Source: Chiloscyllium plagiosum
Taxonomy: Eukaryota
Assembly (NCBI RefSeq): GCF_004010195.1
Contig: NC_057751.1
Coordinates: 14,986,373 to 15,050,372, forward strand
Direction of reading: 5' to 3'
Length of the DNA stretch: 64,000 nucleotides
The notes under the pieces were generated by a model, which was not told the DNA's origin, ran no database searches, and was given only the letters and a program-made list of their open reading frames with translations. The position numbers and the translations under genes were made by a program. This document shows, in pieces, positions 12,330 through 25,109 of this stretch. The stretch's first letter is position 1. Each line of letters opens with the position of its first letter.

Positions 12330-13670
12330 TGAAGTAGATGTAACCTATGTAAAATTTCAAAAGGTTTTTGCTCAGTTCCATGAAATAGGAATGTATGACA
12401 AGAAAATACAGAGTAATGAGATAAATAGCAGGGTGAAGATTTAGCTGGCTTCACAACAGAAATTAGGGACTGAGGGTAGTTATTCAAAATGGCACAAGAT
12501 GGGATGTGATGTTCCACAAGATCACTGCTGGGACTGTTAATGTTTAATTTTAATGATGTTGGTAGATTCTGGAATTAAAACCACAACTTCTTGGTATGTG
12601 GATGACATGAATTTAGGAGGGAATACTTAATGACAATATCACAAACAATGGTCTTTCGGGAATTAGCATGGAAATGCTTTGAAGATTATGGAGTGCTCAC
12701 TGGAGCTTATCTTTAAGGGCAGATGTCACCCAGATAAGAGAATGGATTAGAAAGGGAGATGATCAGATTGGAGTTTGTGAAATGCAAATAAATAGTTGTG
12801 CAAGAAAGGTGGATTCCTGCTTTGGTGAATGGCTGACCAGTATTGTAACAGTTAATATTAAGAAGGGCGACAACACATGACAAGGAAATATGAGCAAATA
12901 TGTAGGCTTATAATTGATGAATGAATTTCAATATAAAATAAATGTGAAGTATTATATCTTGGTCAGAAAGTTCAGATGCCACATTTTTTCTGAAAGAAAT
13001 ATTGTCTATATAGAGTGGAGGAGCAAAGTAGAAATCCACTTATCACTAAGAGTAGCATCACAGAATAAGATGATAAACTAAACAAAAAATTACTGAGCTT
13101 TAGTTCTAAAGGGATCAAATTATCAAGTTATGCTAAACTTGAAAAGATCTTGTGCATACACCAGCATGGTACAGTTCTGGTTGCTAAGCAATTGAAAGGA
13201 TTATAGAGGCACTGAAAAGGGTGCAAAAGACATTTGCCAGGTCCATGAGATTATACATCTCAGGAAAGGATTGACAGGCTTTTTCCAATCTTGGAAAGAG
13301 AAGGCTGGGAGGGTGACTTAATAGAGGTCTTTATATTTTCGGGAGGTTTTCACAGAGTGGATGCACAGAAATTGTTTCCTCAAACAGGGAAGAGAGCAAC
13401 TAGAGGCCATCACGATAAATAATCACCAAGCACTTTATTAATTCAGGAGAAAATTCAATCCCCAGAGAGTGGGTGAGAATGTGGAACTGGCTGTCACAGG
13501 GAGTGGTTGAAGTATTGATTATTAAAGGGGAAACTAGATAAGTACATGAGGAAGTGAGTTATAATGGCACATTTAGGTAAGGGAAAACAGGAGGAGGCTT
13601 GAGTGAAGCATAATCCTTCAGCATGGATGAGTTGGGCCAAATGACTAATTTCTGCACTGTATCTTCTATT
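12330..13670 (+). mobile_element. Old, degraded CR1 LINE fragment
   Basis: Remnants such as gtagatgtaacctatgtaaaatttcaaaagg, gggtgacttaatagaggtc and the CR1-type 3' tail. Confidence 0.6.
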
Positions 13671-14152
13671 TAAGTGTATGTATGTACATAAAATGAACTT
13701 TTAAAATGTTTTACTGATCCTTTTAAGGTGTTTGGCTATTCTTCCCCAAATATTGCTTCACATCTCTATTTCCTGCTTTTTTGCCTCTTTCCTTATTTTC
13801 TCATTAATCTTTCATTTTTATCATGGATGAGTTGGCCCAAGGGTCTATTTCCATGATGTACATCTCTATGATTCTATAACTTTTCTTCGAGTTCTTGTGG
13901 GATTTTTCTGTCAATTTAAATTTGTTTCAAATTGCTTTTATTATCGCTAGCATCTTCAAACCACCAGGAGTTACCTTATTTAATGGAACACATCCTGCAA
14001 TCTTTCCTTAAAAGCAATCCACTGTTTCTCTCCAGACCTGTGGGGTAGATTTTCCATCCACGTTTCCATGGAAAACAGAGTCTAAAGTTAAATTCCATTA
14101 TTTAACATGATTGCATGGTGAAAGTTTTTGGTGTGATTTGTTCCTAAACCAG

Positions 14153-14242
14153 TTGATCCACAAAATCATTGACCTGGGCTATGCCAAGGAGCTGGATCAG
14201 AGCAGCCTGTGCACCTCTTTCGTTGGAACCTTGCAATATCTG
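14153..14242 (+). CDS. IKBKB: IKK-beta exon (approx. 7), DLG motif and activation loop
   Basis: ccag|..|gtaagg; [30 protein letters not shown] with the SLCTS activation motif. Confidence 0.97.
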
Positions 14243-14833
14243 GTAAGGGCTGTTTTGTGGTGTCCTTGCTTATCTTTGAGTCTCTCAACTGAGCTTGGGA
14301 AGAGAAGGGGATGTTCAAGTTTTCAGTCAGAAACTGCTACTGGCATTGAACCTGCATTGGAATAAAATGTATGCTGATAGGGTGATTGAACAGGGATGGG
14401 AGGAAGCTCCTGTGAAAGCTCAGCAGCAGCGTAGAAATGTTGAGCCAAATGGTCCATTTCTGTGTTGGACATAATATGGAAAAGGACTATTTTTGCAGTT
14501 TGTCAGTGAAGGAGGTGTGGATTACACAATTCATGTGGAGGAACATTTTCATCTTTTTGGTTTTTTTTTGCGATGAGGGGCAGCATTATTGTCCACCTTT
14601 AATTGGTATTGCAAAGGCTTTGCTGAGCCATGGCTTTGAAATTTTGGAATCGATGTGGTTTAAATGTTTAAATTGACTGCACTGTTACAAAGGAAGTTCC
14701 AGGATTTCAACACAGCAATAATAAAAGTTTGGTGACTTAGTTTTGAGTCAGGATGATTAAAGTGTAACTTGGAGCAAACTTGTAAATGGTGATGTTCTCC
14801 TGTAGAGGTTGTGTTTGACATTCTAGGTGGTAA

Positions 14834-15043
<210 letters not shown>

Positions 15044-15219
15044 TAGGTGCAGATGGTTAAGGTTTATACTGAGAGGTTCAAGAAATCAGTGTTGTGTGCG
15101 TGCGTGAGGAACTGAATATGGAGGAGAGTTGGATCAGAAGGATCACGGGATTCTGGATCCTAAACAAGCCTCTGTAAAATGTTGAAATTCTGTCATCAGA
15201 AGTTTAACCTTGTATGTCT

Positions 15220-16095
15220 GCCGCAGTGGATAGCATTCTTGCCTCTTAACTCGTAAGATTCTGGCTTCTAAGGCTTGAGCACAAAAATGAAGGCTGCTGC
15301 TCCAGTGCAGGACAAATAGAATGATGCACTGTAGATGCATTTGCTTTTAGTTAAGGTATGGAATCACCCATTTAACTTTGGGTGCATGAAAAAAACCCTA
15401 CATCACGATGTGAAGAGCAAAGCAGTTCTCTCATGTGTCGAGGCCAACATTCATTCCTTAATCAGTATCACAAAAACAGATTATCTGGTTGTCAACAATG
15501 TTGATTTACAAGGATGTTGCTAGGGTTAGAGGGTTTGAGCGAAAGGAAGAGGCTGAATAGGCTGGGGCTGTTTTCCCTGAAGCGTTGGAGGCTGAGAGGT
15601 GACTTGATAGAGGTTTATAAAATCGTGAGGGGCATGGGTAGGATAAATAGACAAGATCTTTTCCCGAGGGTGGGAGAGTCCAGAACCAGAGGGCATAAGT
15701 TTAAGATGAGAGGGGAAAGATATAAAAGGGACCTAAGTGACAACTTTTTCACACAGAGGTACATGTATGGAATGAGCTGCTAGAGGAAATGGGGGAGGCT
15801 GGCATAATTGCAACATTTAAAGATATCTGGATGAGTATATGAATAGGAAGGGTTTAGATGGATATGAGCCAAGTGCTGGCAAATGGGACGAGATTAATTT
15901 AGGATATCTGGTTGGCATGGACTGTTTCTGTGGCTCTATGCGTCTAATGCCATTTGTAAAATCTTATAGTGGGAAAATTGGCTGCCTTTTTTTTCTATTT
16001 TCCAGCAGTGACTATACTTCAAAAAGCACCACTTTGGCTGTAAAATGCTTTGAGCTGTCTAGTGGTCGTGAACAACACGATATACATGCGAGTCG
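15220..16095 (+). mobile_element. Ancient Deu-domain/L2-tail SINE-like copy split by a CR1 3' fragment (approx. 15505-15945)
   Basis: gcttgagcacaaaa..ctccagtgcag..gcactgt core; tail gtgactatacttcaaaa..ttggctgtaaaatgctttg also seen at 33440 and 61990. Confidence 0.5.
15505..15945 (+). mobile_element. CR1 LINE 3' end
   Basis: RLNRLGLFSLKRWRLRGDLIEVYKIVRG..ESRTRGHKFKMRGE. Confidence 0.9.
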
Positions 16096-16596
16096 TTTTT
16101 TTTCTGAACTTTTTCATCAAGGAACTGATTGCAATTTATTTGCTGTCTGTGCAAAGAGGTGAATGCTGCTGAATTTGGATATCAAATTTGATGAAGACAA
16201 CCAATTGGCACGTTCACTCATCCCCCCCCAATCCTAGAACATTGACAGACTTTTGAGGAAATAAGTTAACTTTTTTTTTGTTCACAAACTGTCAAAGAAG
16301 TGAGTTAAGAGAACAATGAGCTGATGACTGTTCATCAATCTTCACTATTGGGACCAAATAGCAATTTCTTAAAGGTGAGCCAAATATTGTCAGAACAGTG
16401 CTCTGCATTACATTCCACTGGACAGTGGGTGGGATCAATCTAAGAATTTGGGTTGATATCATGGTTCACTATGGGGCTGAATAATTTACTTCTCATCATT
16501 TGGATAATCAAACTCTGCAGCTTTGGAGCTAAGGAGGATATGTGAATGTCTTGCTTCTCTTGTGATACCGCTCACTCTTGTCTTCCGTTTTGTCAG

Positions 16597-16704
16597 GCAC
16601 AGTAAAGTAAAGCACAAAGGCGATTGCGACATTATGGTGTTTGAAGACATGAATATGGAGGTAAAATTTTCCAGCCAGCTTCCTCAACCCAATAACCTCA
16701 ACAG
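16597..16704 (+). CDS. IKBKB: IKK-beta exon (approx. 9)
   Basis: tgtcag|..|gtgagg; [35 protein letters not shown]. Confidence 0.94.
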
Positions 16705-17701
16705 GTGAGGATTGCTGACATGTCCCAAGTGACAGAATCCAGATTATTTGGATGGGGGCGGGAGGCATTCCTGATTTCAATTTTCATTGCCTTTTTAATT
16801 GAAATTTCCATAGTCATATCTAACATGTTACCTGATAGAGGCACACTTCATTAAATGTGGACTTGATAGTGATCCTGATTGGCATTTTAGCAGCGGAGGG
16901 GGTTGTCAGAGTTTGCGCCCCAACTGTGTCCATGGGCAATCAAATCGAACATCTACAGTTTCGGTCAAAATTAAATTATTTTTTTGGATAACATAAGAAG
17001 GAACAACCCCAAAGAAACAAAATCTGGGGTAGCTGTTGCCGCAAAGAACCCCACTCTGGGATGGTGAATTCACCCTTTTAATGCAAGTTCTGCCGAATGT
17101 CACCACATCCTCAGTTGACACAAAGGATTGGGCTGCTGAATTGAGGTTCTCGCGTTGTAAGAGGAAGATTGGTGTCAGAATGGAGGAAGTTACATCTCCC
17201 AGCAATCCATTTGGGAACATGGGGAAATGTGGATACAATAAAACAGTAGGAATTTTGTGGTGAGTAACTGAACTCCTGATTCCCCAAAGCCTGTATACCA
17301 TTGACAAGGCTTAAGTCAATAGTGTGATGGAATGTACACCCATGCAGGCAAGTGAGGACACTCCAACAATAGACAATGCACTGCAGCAATTTGCTTAGGC
17401 TCCTTTGACAGCACCTTTTGAACACACTTCTCCACCGAGGAGGACAAGAGCAGCAGGTACACTGGAATGTTGCAGATTCTCCTCCAAGTCACACACCAAT
17501 CTGACTTGGAACTATATCAGCTATTCCTTTGATGTTGTTGATCCAAATCCTGGAAGTCTCTCCCTGTTGGTGGGACTTTCACAGTTCTTAAAGGCAGCTC
17601 ACCAGCACCTTCTCGAGCAATTAAGGATGGGTAACACATGTCAATCAGGCAAAGGACAAGGCCACTGAGCTTCTCATCTGTTGCTTTTTCTCTCCTGCTA
17701 G

Positions 17702-17831
17702 TGAATTAGCAGGTCCGTTGGAGAGGTGGCTGCAGTTAATGCTGCAATGGAATTCCAAAGAGAGAGGAACAGACCCTGTTCATGGACCAAACGGTTGTTT
17801 CAAGGCACTGGATGATATTCTTAACAGAAAG
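17702..17831 (+). CDS. IKBKB: IKK-beta exon (approx. 10), end of kinase domain
   Basis: ctag|..|gtgggt; [43 protein letters not shown]. Confidence 0.95.
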
Positions 17832-18031
17832 GTGGGTGAGTGGCATTTTCAGAGATGCAGACATTTCAGTACTCCTCTCTGAGGATTAATCAGATTCTCC
17901 TAACTTCCTGTTCTGATGAGTGAATGGATGACCTTTCTCCATTTTAAGTTCTCATTGGTGAACATGTACTTCTTAATCCAGCTGTCACTTAGTACTTATC
18001 CCTGTCACTCCTTGTTTTCTTGTCTTTCATG

Positions 18032-18342
18032 TTTATTTACTTACTTACAGTGTGGAAACAGGCCCTTCGGCCCAACAAGTCCACACCGCCCCGCCAAAGC
18101 ACAACCCACCCATACCCCTACATTTACCCCTTACCTAACACTACGGGCAATTTAGCATGGCCAATTTACCTGACCTGCACATCTTTGGACTGTGGGAGGA
18201 AACCGGAGCACCCGGAGGAAACCCACGCAGACACGGGGAGAACGTGCAAACTCCACACAGTCAGTCGCCTGAGGCGGGACTTGAACCCGAGTCTCTGGCG
18301 CTGTGAGGCAGCAGTGCTAACCACTGTGCCACCGTGCCGCCC
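18032..18342 (-). mobile_element. HE1/V-SINE-type tRNA-derived SINE
   Basis: Reverse complement of ggcacggtggcacagtggttagcactgctgcctcacagc..V-SINE core gtgtggagtttgcacgttctcccc; CR1-like tail. Confidence 0.9.
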
Positions 18343-18727
18343 ATGTCTTGCAACTTCCACAGCCATGGTGACAATTTGCCACATCCCTTTCATCAGCAAC
18401 ATTTGTCTCTCTGAATTTGTTCTGAAATTCCAGCCAGTCATGAATAAATGAAAATAAAGTGGAATTTACTGTTCAGAATCTGTTTTTTTTTCTCAGATTT
18501 CTGGTATGGTAAGCTATGGGGTGAACATGGTGAAAACAATCACTTCAAAGAAAGGGAGGGTTGCTTTCTGAATTAGAATGGCGAAGTGCACCAGGGCTGA
18601 GGTACTGAGACAGCCTGTCTCAGGGCTTAAATAAATGAAAACAGTGTATGAAAGTTAAGATGCTGCTGTATTCCCTCCCTCCCAAGACGGTGACAGTTTC
18701 TGTTCATGTGTTTGTGTTTTCTTCCAG

Positions 18728-18922
18728 TATGTGCAGATTCTGGATATGAAGTCAGGATTGCTCCACACATATCTGGTCTCCCCAGAGGCGAGTGTTCAGG
18801 CTCTGCAGCAGTGGATCAAGGCCATGACCGGCATTGAAGAATTTGATCAGGAACTTCTACTGGAAACAGGAACTGCCCTGGACCCCCGCAAACCTCTCAG
18901 CCAGTGTGCACCAGACTGCAGG
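18728..18922 (+). CDS. IKBKB: IKK-beta exon (approx. 11), ubiquitin-like domain
   Basis: ttccag|..|gtaagg; YVQILDMKSGLLHTYLVSPEASVQALQQWIKAMTGIEEFDQELLLETGTALDPRKPLSQCAPDCR. Confidence 0.95.
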
Positions 18923-19427
18923 GTAAGGGCGCAGCTGAAATCTAAGGAGTGAGAGATATGATAGATACTATGGGAGAATGTATCAGTCATTCTGCATCAT
19001 ACATAGTCCTCCATATGATGTAACTATGGAGATCTTCTCTGAGCCAGGAGCTCTGAGTTCGAGTCCAGTCTCAGGACGTGATGGCTAAGGAATGTTCAGT
19101 CCAAACACAACCAGACTATCAACCTGAAAACTCTTCCAACACATGCCAGCACCAGGCAGTAGGAACAGGAGAGATTTCTGGTCAGCCATCTGATGGGAAG
19201 AATCATTTACCATCACTATCCATGGCCCTGGACATCAACATGCATTTAAAAAGTGCATGTTGTCACAGGCACCTAGACTCCCTCAATGAACAGTACACAT
19301 TCCACCACCACTAACTTGCTGTGATATCCTGAACAACGTTGGAGGTGGTTGGAAGGGACAGGAGGAATGTGGATTTCTTTTCGCCTTGGCAAGCTGTAAT
19401 TTTCTATTTGTTGTAATGTCTCCCTAG

Positions 19428-19542
19428 CAGAATGAAGGGAAGAAGTCAGAACTGGCCATCATCTATCTGTTTGACAGAAGTACAAGTGACTATGATGGAC
19501 AGGTCACTGTTCCGAAGCATCCAGATGCTGTGAATTTCATAC
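19428..19542 (+). CDS. IKBKB: IKK-beta exon (approx. 12); tandem NAGNAG acceptor (alternative start 19431)
   Basis: ccctagcag acceptor, |gtaagc donor; (Q)NEGKKSELAIIYLFDRSTSDYDGQVTVPKHPDAVNFI. Confidence 0.9.
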
Positions 19543-19994
19543 GTAAGCCCCCGTGTTTATCTCTTGTGAAAGATGTGAAGCCTCAATGTTGAGCAATGGG
19601 TGGCAGGCAACAATCGTGGTCTGGAAGATTGGAACAGGGCTGTGATGATGTGAGATTTGGTCATAGGTTTGCTCAGTGCCCATGCCTTGCTCTCCCCATG
19701 GAGCTGATGTTGGGCATGGATCCTACTGAGCTTCCAGCTCCATCATGTTAACACTGGGAGAACCCTGACAGTCTGTTTCTGAAACTATTGACGACAGAAT
19801 ACCCTGGTTCTCTTCCATGTAACCTTTCCTACCTCAGCGGGATCACTCAGGGCGAGTTTGGCCACCTCCCTCAACAATTGCCCTCACAGATTGCAGCACA
19901 GACTGTCATCTCTGACCCGATTTGTATCTGTTGCTCATCCCTAGTCAACCAGAGAAGGTAGTGGTGAACTGCAGGTTTGATGAGTGACATAGAT

Positions 19995-21290
19995 TCATAG
20001 AGTCATGGCAATCTACAGCATGGAAACAGACCCTTCGGTCCAACCTGTCCATGCCGACCAGGTATCCCAACCCAATCTAGTGCCACCTGCCAGCACCCGG
20101 CCCATATCCCTTCAAACCCACCGTGTGGGCGGCACGGTGGCACAGTGGTTAGCACTGCTGCCTCACAGCGCCAGAGACCCGGGTTCAATTCCCGCCTCAG
20201 GCGACTGACTGTGTGGAGTTTGCACGTTCTCCCCGTGTCTGCGTGGGTTTCCTCTGGGTGCTCCGGTTTCCTCCCACCATCCAAAGATGTGCAGGGTCAG
20301 GTGAATTGGCCATACTAAATTGCCCATAGTGTTAGGTCAGGGGTAAATGTAGGGGTATGGGTGGGTTTCGCTTCGGCGGGTCGGTGTGGACTTGTTGGGC
20401 TGAAGGGCCTGTTTCCACACTGTAATCTAATCTAATCTAATCTAAATCTATTCATATACCCATCCAGATGCCTTTTAAATGTTGCAATTGTACTAGCCTC
20501 CACCAGCTCATTCCATACACGTATCCGACCTCTGCCTGAAAAAGTTGCCCCTTATGTCTCTTTGATATCTTTCCCCTCTTACCCTAAACCTGCGCCCTCT
20601 AGTTCTGGACTCCCCCAGTCCAGGGAAGAGACCTTGTCTATTTGTCCTATCTATGCCCCTCACGATTTTGTAAACCTCTTTAAGGTCACCCCTCAGCCTC
20701 CGATGCTCCAGGGAAAACAGCCTCAGCCTATTCAACCTCTCCCTATAGCTCAAATCCTCCAACTCTGACAACATCCTTGTAAGTCTTTTCTGAACCCTTT
20801 CAAGTTGTACAACATCTTTCTGATAGGATGGAGATCAGAATTGCATGACTAAAAGTGGCCTAACTAATGTCCTGTACAGCCGCAACATGACCTCCCAACT
20901 CCTGTACTCAGTACTCTGACCAATAAAGGAAAGCATACAAAACGCCTTCTTCACTTTCCTATCTACCTGTGACTCCACTTTCAAGGAGCTATGAACCTGC
21001 ACTCTAAGGTCTCTTTGTTCAGCAACACTCCCAACAACCTTACCATTAAGTGTATAAGTCCTATTAAGATTTGCTTTCCCAAAATGCAGCACCTCGCACT
21101 TATTTAAATTAAACATCATCTGCCACTAATCAGTCTATTGGCTCATCGGATCAAGATCCTGTTTCAATCTGAGGTAACCTTCTTCGCTGTCCTCTACACC
21201 TCCAATTTTAGTGTCATCTGTAAACTTAGTAACTGTATCTCTTATGCTCACATCCAAATCATTTATATAAATGATGAAAAGTAGTGACAC
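19995..21290 (-). mobile_element. CR1 LINE 3' fragment interrupted by an HE1-type SINE
   Basis: KFTDDTKIGG, KCEVLHFGK, LRGDLKEVYKI motifs on the minus strand. Confidence 0.9.
20127..20450 (+). mobile_element. HE1/V-SINE-type SINE, young copy
   Basis: A-box TGGCACAGTGG, B-box GGTTCAATTCC, V core, (ATCTA)n tail. Confidence 0.92.
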
Positions 21291-21599
21291 TTCGGACGAC
21301 AGTTGAGGGCCACCCACATTGGTATGAAACTGGGGTCAAAGTAGGCTCAGAGTGGTGATAGTGGCACATTTATTGGAGAAGCAATTCAAGAAGAGAGTTC
21401 CAAACCATCTTTCAGGTATAACTGGCACAGTTCATCTTGTCGTCATAGCCAGAATCCCTGAGCTTCGCTCCGTGTAATACTTCTGATCCTATTTGGGTTA
21501 GAGGGTGGGGATTGCGATTTTTAAAAAATACTAGATTTTAGTACGTCACGATAATCATGCTTCTGTAGTCCACACTGCCATCTTGTGTCTTGTTTGCAG

Positions 21600-21723
21600 T
21601 CCAGAACCCAAAGCAAATGCTGCCTTATCACCAACTGCGGAGGTCTTGGGGCCAGAGTTGGCATGTGATCCGTAGCCTAAAGGAGAACTGCATCAGACTG
21701 CAGCAAGGTCAGCGGGCAGCCAT
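21600..21723 (+). CDS. IKBKB: IKK-beta exon (approx. 13), scaffold/dimerisation domain
   Basis: tttgcag|..|gtaagt; QNPKQMLPYHQLRRSWGQSWHVIRSLKENCIRLQQGQRAA. Confidence 0.95.
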
Positions 21724-23316
21724 GTAAGTGTGGGACAATGGGATTCTGGTTTTCCCATCCTTGAAACTTGCTATGATTTGTGCTGTCCCCATCAGAATTA
21801 ATGAGTGCTTGCCCATGAGGTAAAGGTGGATTTCACTGTATTTCTGCAAGTACCATGCCAACTCAGTTTTCTCGTTTTCTCTCCTGAATGGAGCGATTGA
21901 AACTGGGGTCAGTTGTAAGGCCAGTGGAATCCTAAAGTATCTACCGATTTCCCCGCTTTCCTGATGGGAGCGAAGATGTGATGTGCGTCACATCCTATCC
22001 ATGTCTTGTTATGAAGCATATAAGTTAGATTTGACTGCTTTTCCCCTCTGTGATCTAAAGGCACTGAAGGAGGCTGTTTGTTAGCTAACTGGTGTTTGTG
22101 GTTTTGAAGGCTGAGGATCTACAGAAATAAATTATTTGGGCTTGTGGCTATTCCTTTCCACAACTCGCCGAGGGATAATTGGACACCTCCTGGCTTTTTG
22201 CCATTTTAGCATAAGGAATTGGCTTATGCTCTCTGATATCAAGCCAGTCACACCACAAGCTCAAGGGGAGTTGTCTCTGTTTGGGAAAACAATTCACTTT
22301 GATCCAGGACCCCAGAAAGGGTAGTGTAGGCAACGAGGGTGAGGTGAGCAGAATGGTCAAGGAGAGTGGGGTGAGGTGTTAAAGGAGGGTGGGAAGGCTG
22401 AGAGCTAGATAGGAAGAATGAGGATGAGCTAGTTGCTGAAGTGCATCAGAAAGTTGAGGATGGGATGGGAGGAATTGTCAACCTGTGAACATTATGTTGC
22501 TATTCATGTGACATTATGATTTCACTATCTGCTGGGAGAAACTGATGACTACAGCAGTTCCAAAATGACTTGCTATGATCATCCAATCTTAGTGTGCAAG
22601 TCCAGGAATGAAATGCTGGCAGGCTATTTAGTCACAGAAACCTGAGAGCTGTGCATCCCAATCCTTTTATTTGCTGACACCTACAAAAGTATTAGATTAA
22701 TTAGCTTGCAATATAGAAGTTAATGCCTTCCTTTTATTTTATAAATTGTGTTTTATACTGACATTCTGCAGTCTTTGGCACATATCCACACTCAATAAAA
22801 CCCTGAAATATAAATCCATGGTCTCTACTATGTTTCCCCTGCTATTTAATCTCTCCTATATATTGGATTGTTCCTGTCAGATATCAGCCTTTTGCTTTCC
22901 TTGACTTCATGAGTTGGCTGTTGCTGTCTGATCTCATTCCAGAAGAGGAAGCCATTCAGCCCATTGAGTCCATGCCGACTCTCTGCAGAGTACTCCAGAA
23001 ATGCCATTGTCACACTGTCTCTCCATCGCCCTCCCCATTTTCCTTAAGTGCCTGTCGATTTCCTTTTGAAGTTGTTCACTGTCTCCTTTCACCAGCATCG
23101 TGAGCAGCAGGTTCCAACTCATTACCACCTACAGCATAAAAAGTTCTTCTGCACATTCACCCTTCTTCATTGCTTGTCGACAATCTTAACTCTGTGTCCT
23201 GTAGTTGTTGTACCATCATCTTTCTTTGTTTACCTCTTCTTATAAAAGATTTGTCAACCTTTATCAGATTCCCTGTGGAGAATGGATCTTTGAACTGATG
23301 TCTTGTTTCTCTCCAG

Positions 23317-23468
23317 GATGAGTTTACTGCGCTACAACAGCAATCTGTCCAAACATAAGACAACCATGCTGTCCAGGTGCCAGCAGTTGAAAGCAAAGCT
23401 GGATTTCTTTCGAGTCAGTATCCAGATTGACCTGGAGAAATACAGTGAACAGATGGAATTTGGAATCA
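23317..23468 (+). CDS. IKBKB: IKK-beta exon (approx. 14)
   Basis: ctccag|..|gtgagt; [50 protein letters not shown]. Confidence 0.96.
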
Positions 23469-23711
23469 GTGAGTATTCAGGTGTCAGGCATCGAACAGGG
23501 CCAATGAGTCGATAGCCAGGAAACATTATTGAGGTCCTAGTCCGAAGAGCCAGGGCTGGCTCCAATCTCTGCCTCACCCTGCAACACTCCCTGGACACGT
23601 ACACTGCTGACAATATTGGCAAAATATCAGGGAACAGAAAGTTCTGGCAATTTGCAGCAGGTCACTCAGCCCCCGAGAGGGGACAGTGGTTGGGGGGTGG
23701 TGTGGAGGGGA

Positions 23712-23745
23712 TAGAGAGAGAGAGAGGGGGGGAGAGAGAGAGAGA
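23712..23745. repeat. (GA)n microsatellite
   Basis: agagagagagagagggggggagagagagagaga. Confidence 0.85.
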
Positions 23746-23831
23746 TGCACTATTGTGTTGGTTCCAGTCAGACCCCTTAAAACCAACCTTTCCTCTCCCT
23801 CTCTGTGCATGTCTGCTATATCTTCAAAGAT

Positions 23832-24223
23832 TGGGAGAAGATTTGTAGCTCGGGTGCTCATTGTTGTGGTTCTGTTAGCCGAGCTGGGAATTTGTGTTGC
23901 AGACGTTTCGTCCCCTGTCTAGGTGACATCCTCAGTGCTTGGGAGCCTCCTGTGAAGCGCTTCTGTGATGTTTCCTCCAGCATTTATAGTGATTTGTATC
24001 TGCCGCTTTCGGTTGTCAGTTCCAGCTGTCCGCTGCAGTATACTGGCCACTGCAGCGGACAGCTGGAACTGACAACCGGAAGCGGCAGATACAAATCACT
24101 ATAAATGCTGGAGGAAACATCACAGAAGTGCTTCACAGGAGGCTCCCAAGCACTGAGGATGTCACCTAGACAGGGGACGAAACGCCTGCAACACAAATTC
24201 CCAGCTAGGTGAACAGAAGCACA
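23832..24223. mobile_element. Inverted pair of Penelope-like family B elements (approx. 175-bp arms, 9-nt spacer) with hammerhead motifs
   Basis: approx. 23865-24039 is the reverse complement of 24049-24222; flanking atatct(t/c)caaaga at 23818-23830 and 24224-24236. Confidence 0.8.
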
Positions 24224-25047
24224 ATATCTCCAAAGAATTAAAGCATGGTTACAGCACAGTACTGAAGGACCATATTTAGCCCTTAATGTTTGAGCTGGCT
24301 CTCTGTAAGAACACCTCACCAAGCCCCAAGCATGTCCCACAGATCTTTTTCCAATTATCTCATTCCCTTTTGAAAGGCCTGATTGAAGCTGCCTCTACCA
24401 CAACCTAGGTAGTGAATTCCAGATAATTTTTCTTCACCTCACCTTTAGTTCTTTTGCCAATCACCGTAAATTGTTATCTTGCTTAACCCTTCTGCCAATA
24501 TGAACAGATTCTCTCTGTCTACTTTGTTCAGGCTGCTCATGATTTTGCACACTCCTTTCGTATTGCTCCCTCAGCTTTATCTTGAAGGAGAGTGATCCTG
24601 ATTCAAAAACATATTCACGATATTTTCCTGTTATGGTCCCTGGATTATTTCAACATCAATCAGTTAATCTTTAATATATTTCAAACGCATTCTATTGACT
24701 ATTGCAAAAAGCACTAAATATGTACAGATTGGTGTTTACACCTCCAGATCATAATAAAGACTTTATCTTAAATCTGGAGGTCCAATGAGAGACTCTTTTT
24801 GCTCCAATGGCTAGCTAAGAAATAGCTGACATGGATTTAGAAGAGGAGAAGTGCTGACTTCAGGAAGCATGAACATATGGCACTATTCTTCATGATATAG
24901 TTTATTTAGATTTTCAGGAAGTTTTTTGGCAAAGGTCCGAGACGGAGTTGTCCAATTAAATGGAATGATATTGAAACCTGTCACTGACTGCAGTGGGGAC
25001 AAAGCTTTGTTTCTATCTATGCTGACCCAATTATCATGCTCTTCCAG

Positions 25048-25109
25048 CCTCTGAGAAAATGATCACTGCCTGGAAAGAAATGCAACTGAAAGCAGAAGGT
25101 TGCAGAAGA
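25048..25109 (+). CDS. IKBKB: IKK-beta exon (approx. 15)
   Basis: cttccag|..|gtgagt; SEKMITAWKEMQLKAEGCRR; phase 1 to phase 0 fits the neighbours. Confidence 0.9.

Noticed and set aside
20127..20200. tRNA-like sequence with A and B boxes (also at 18270, 28527, 35574, 40780)
   Set aside because: These are SINE heads that run into SINE core and tail; they are not stand-alone tRNA genes.
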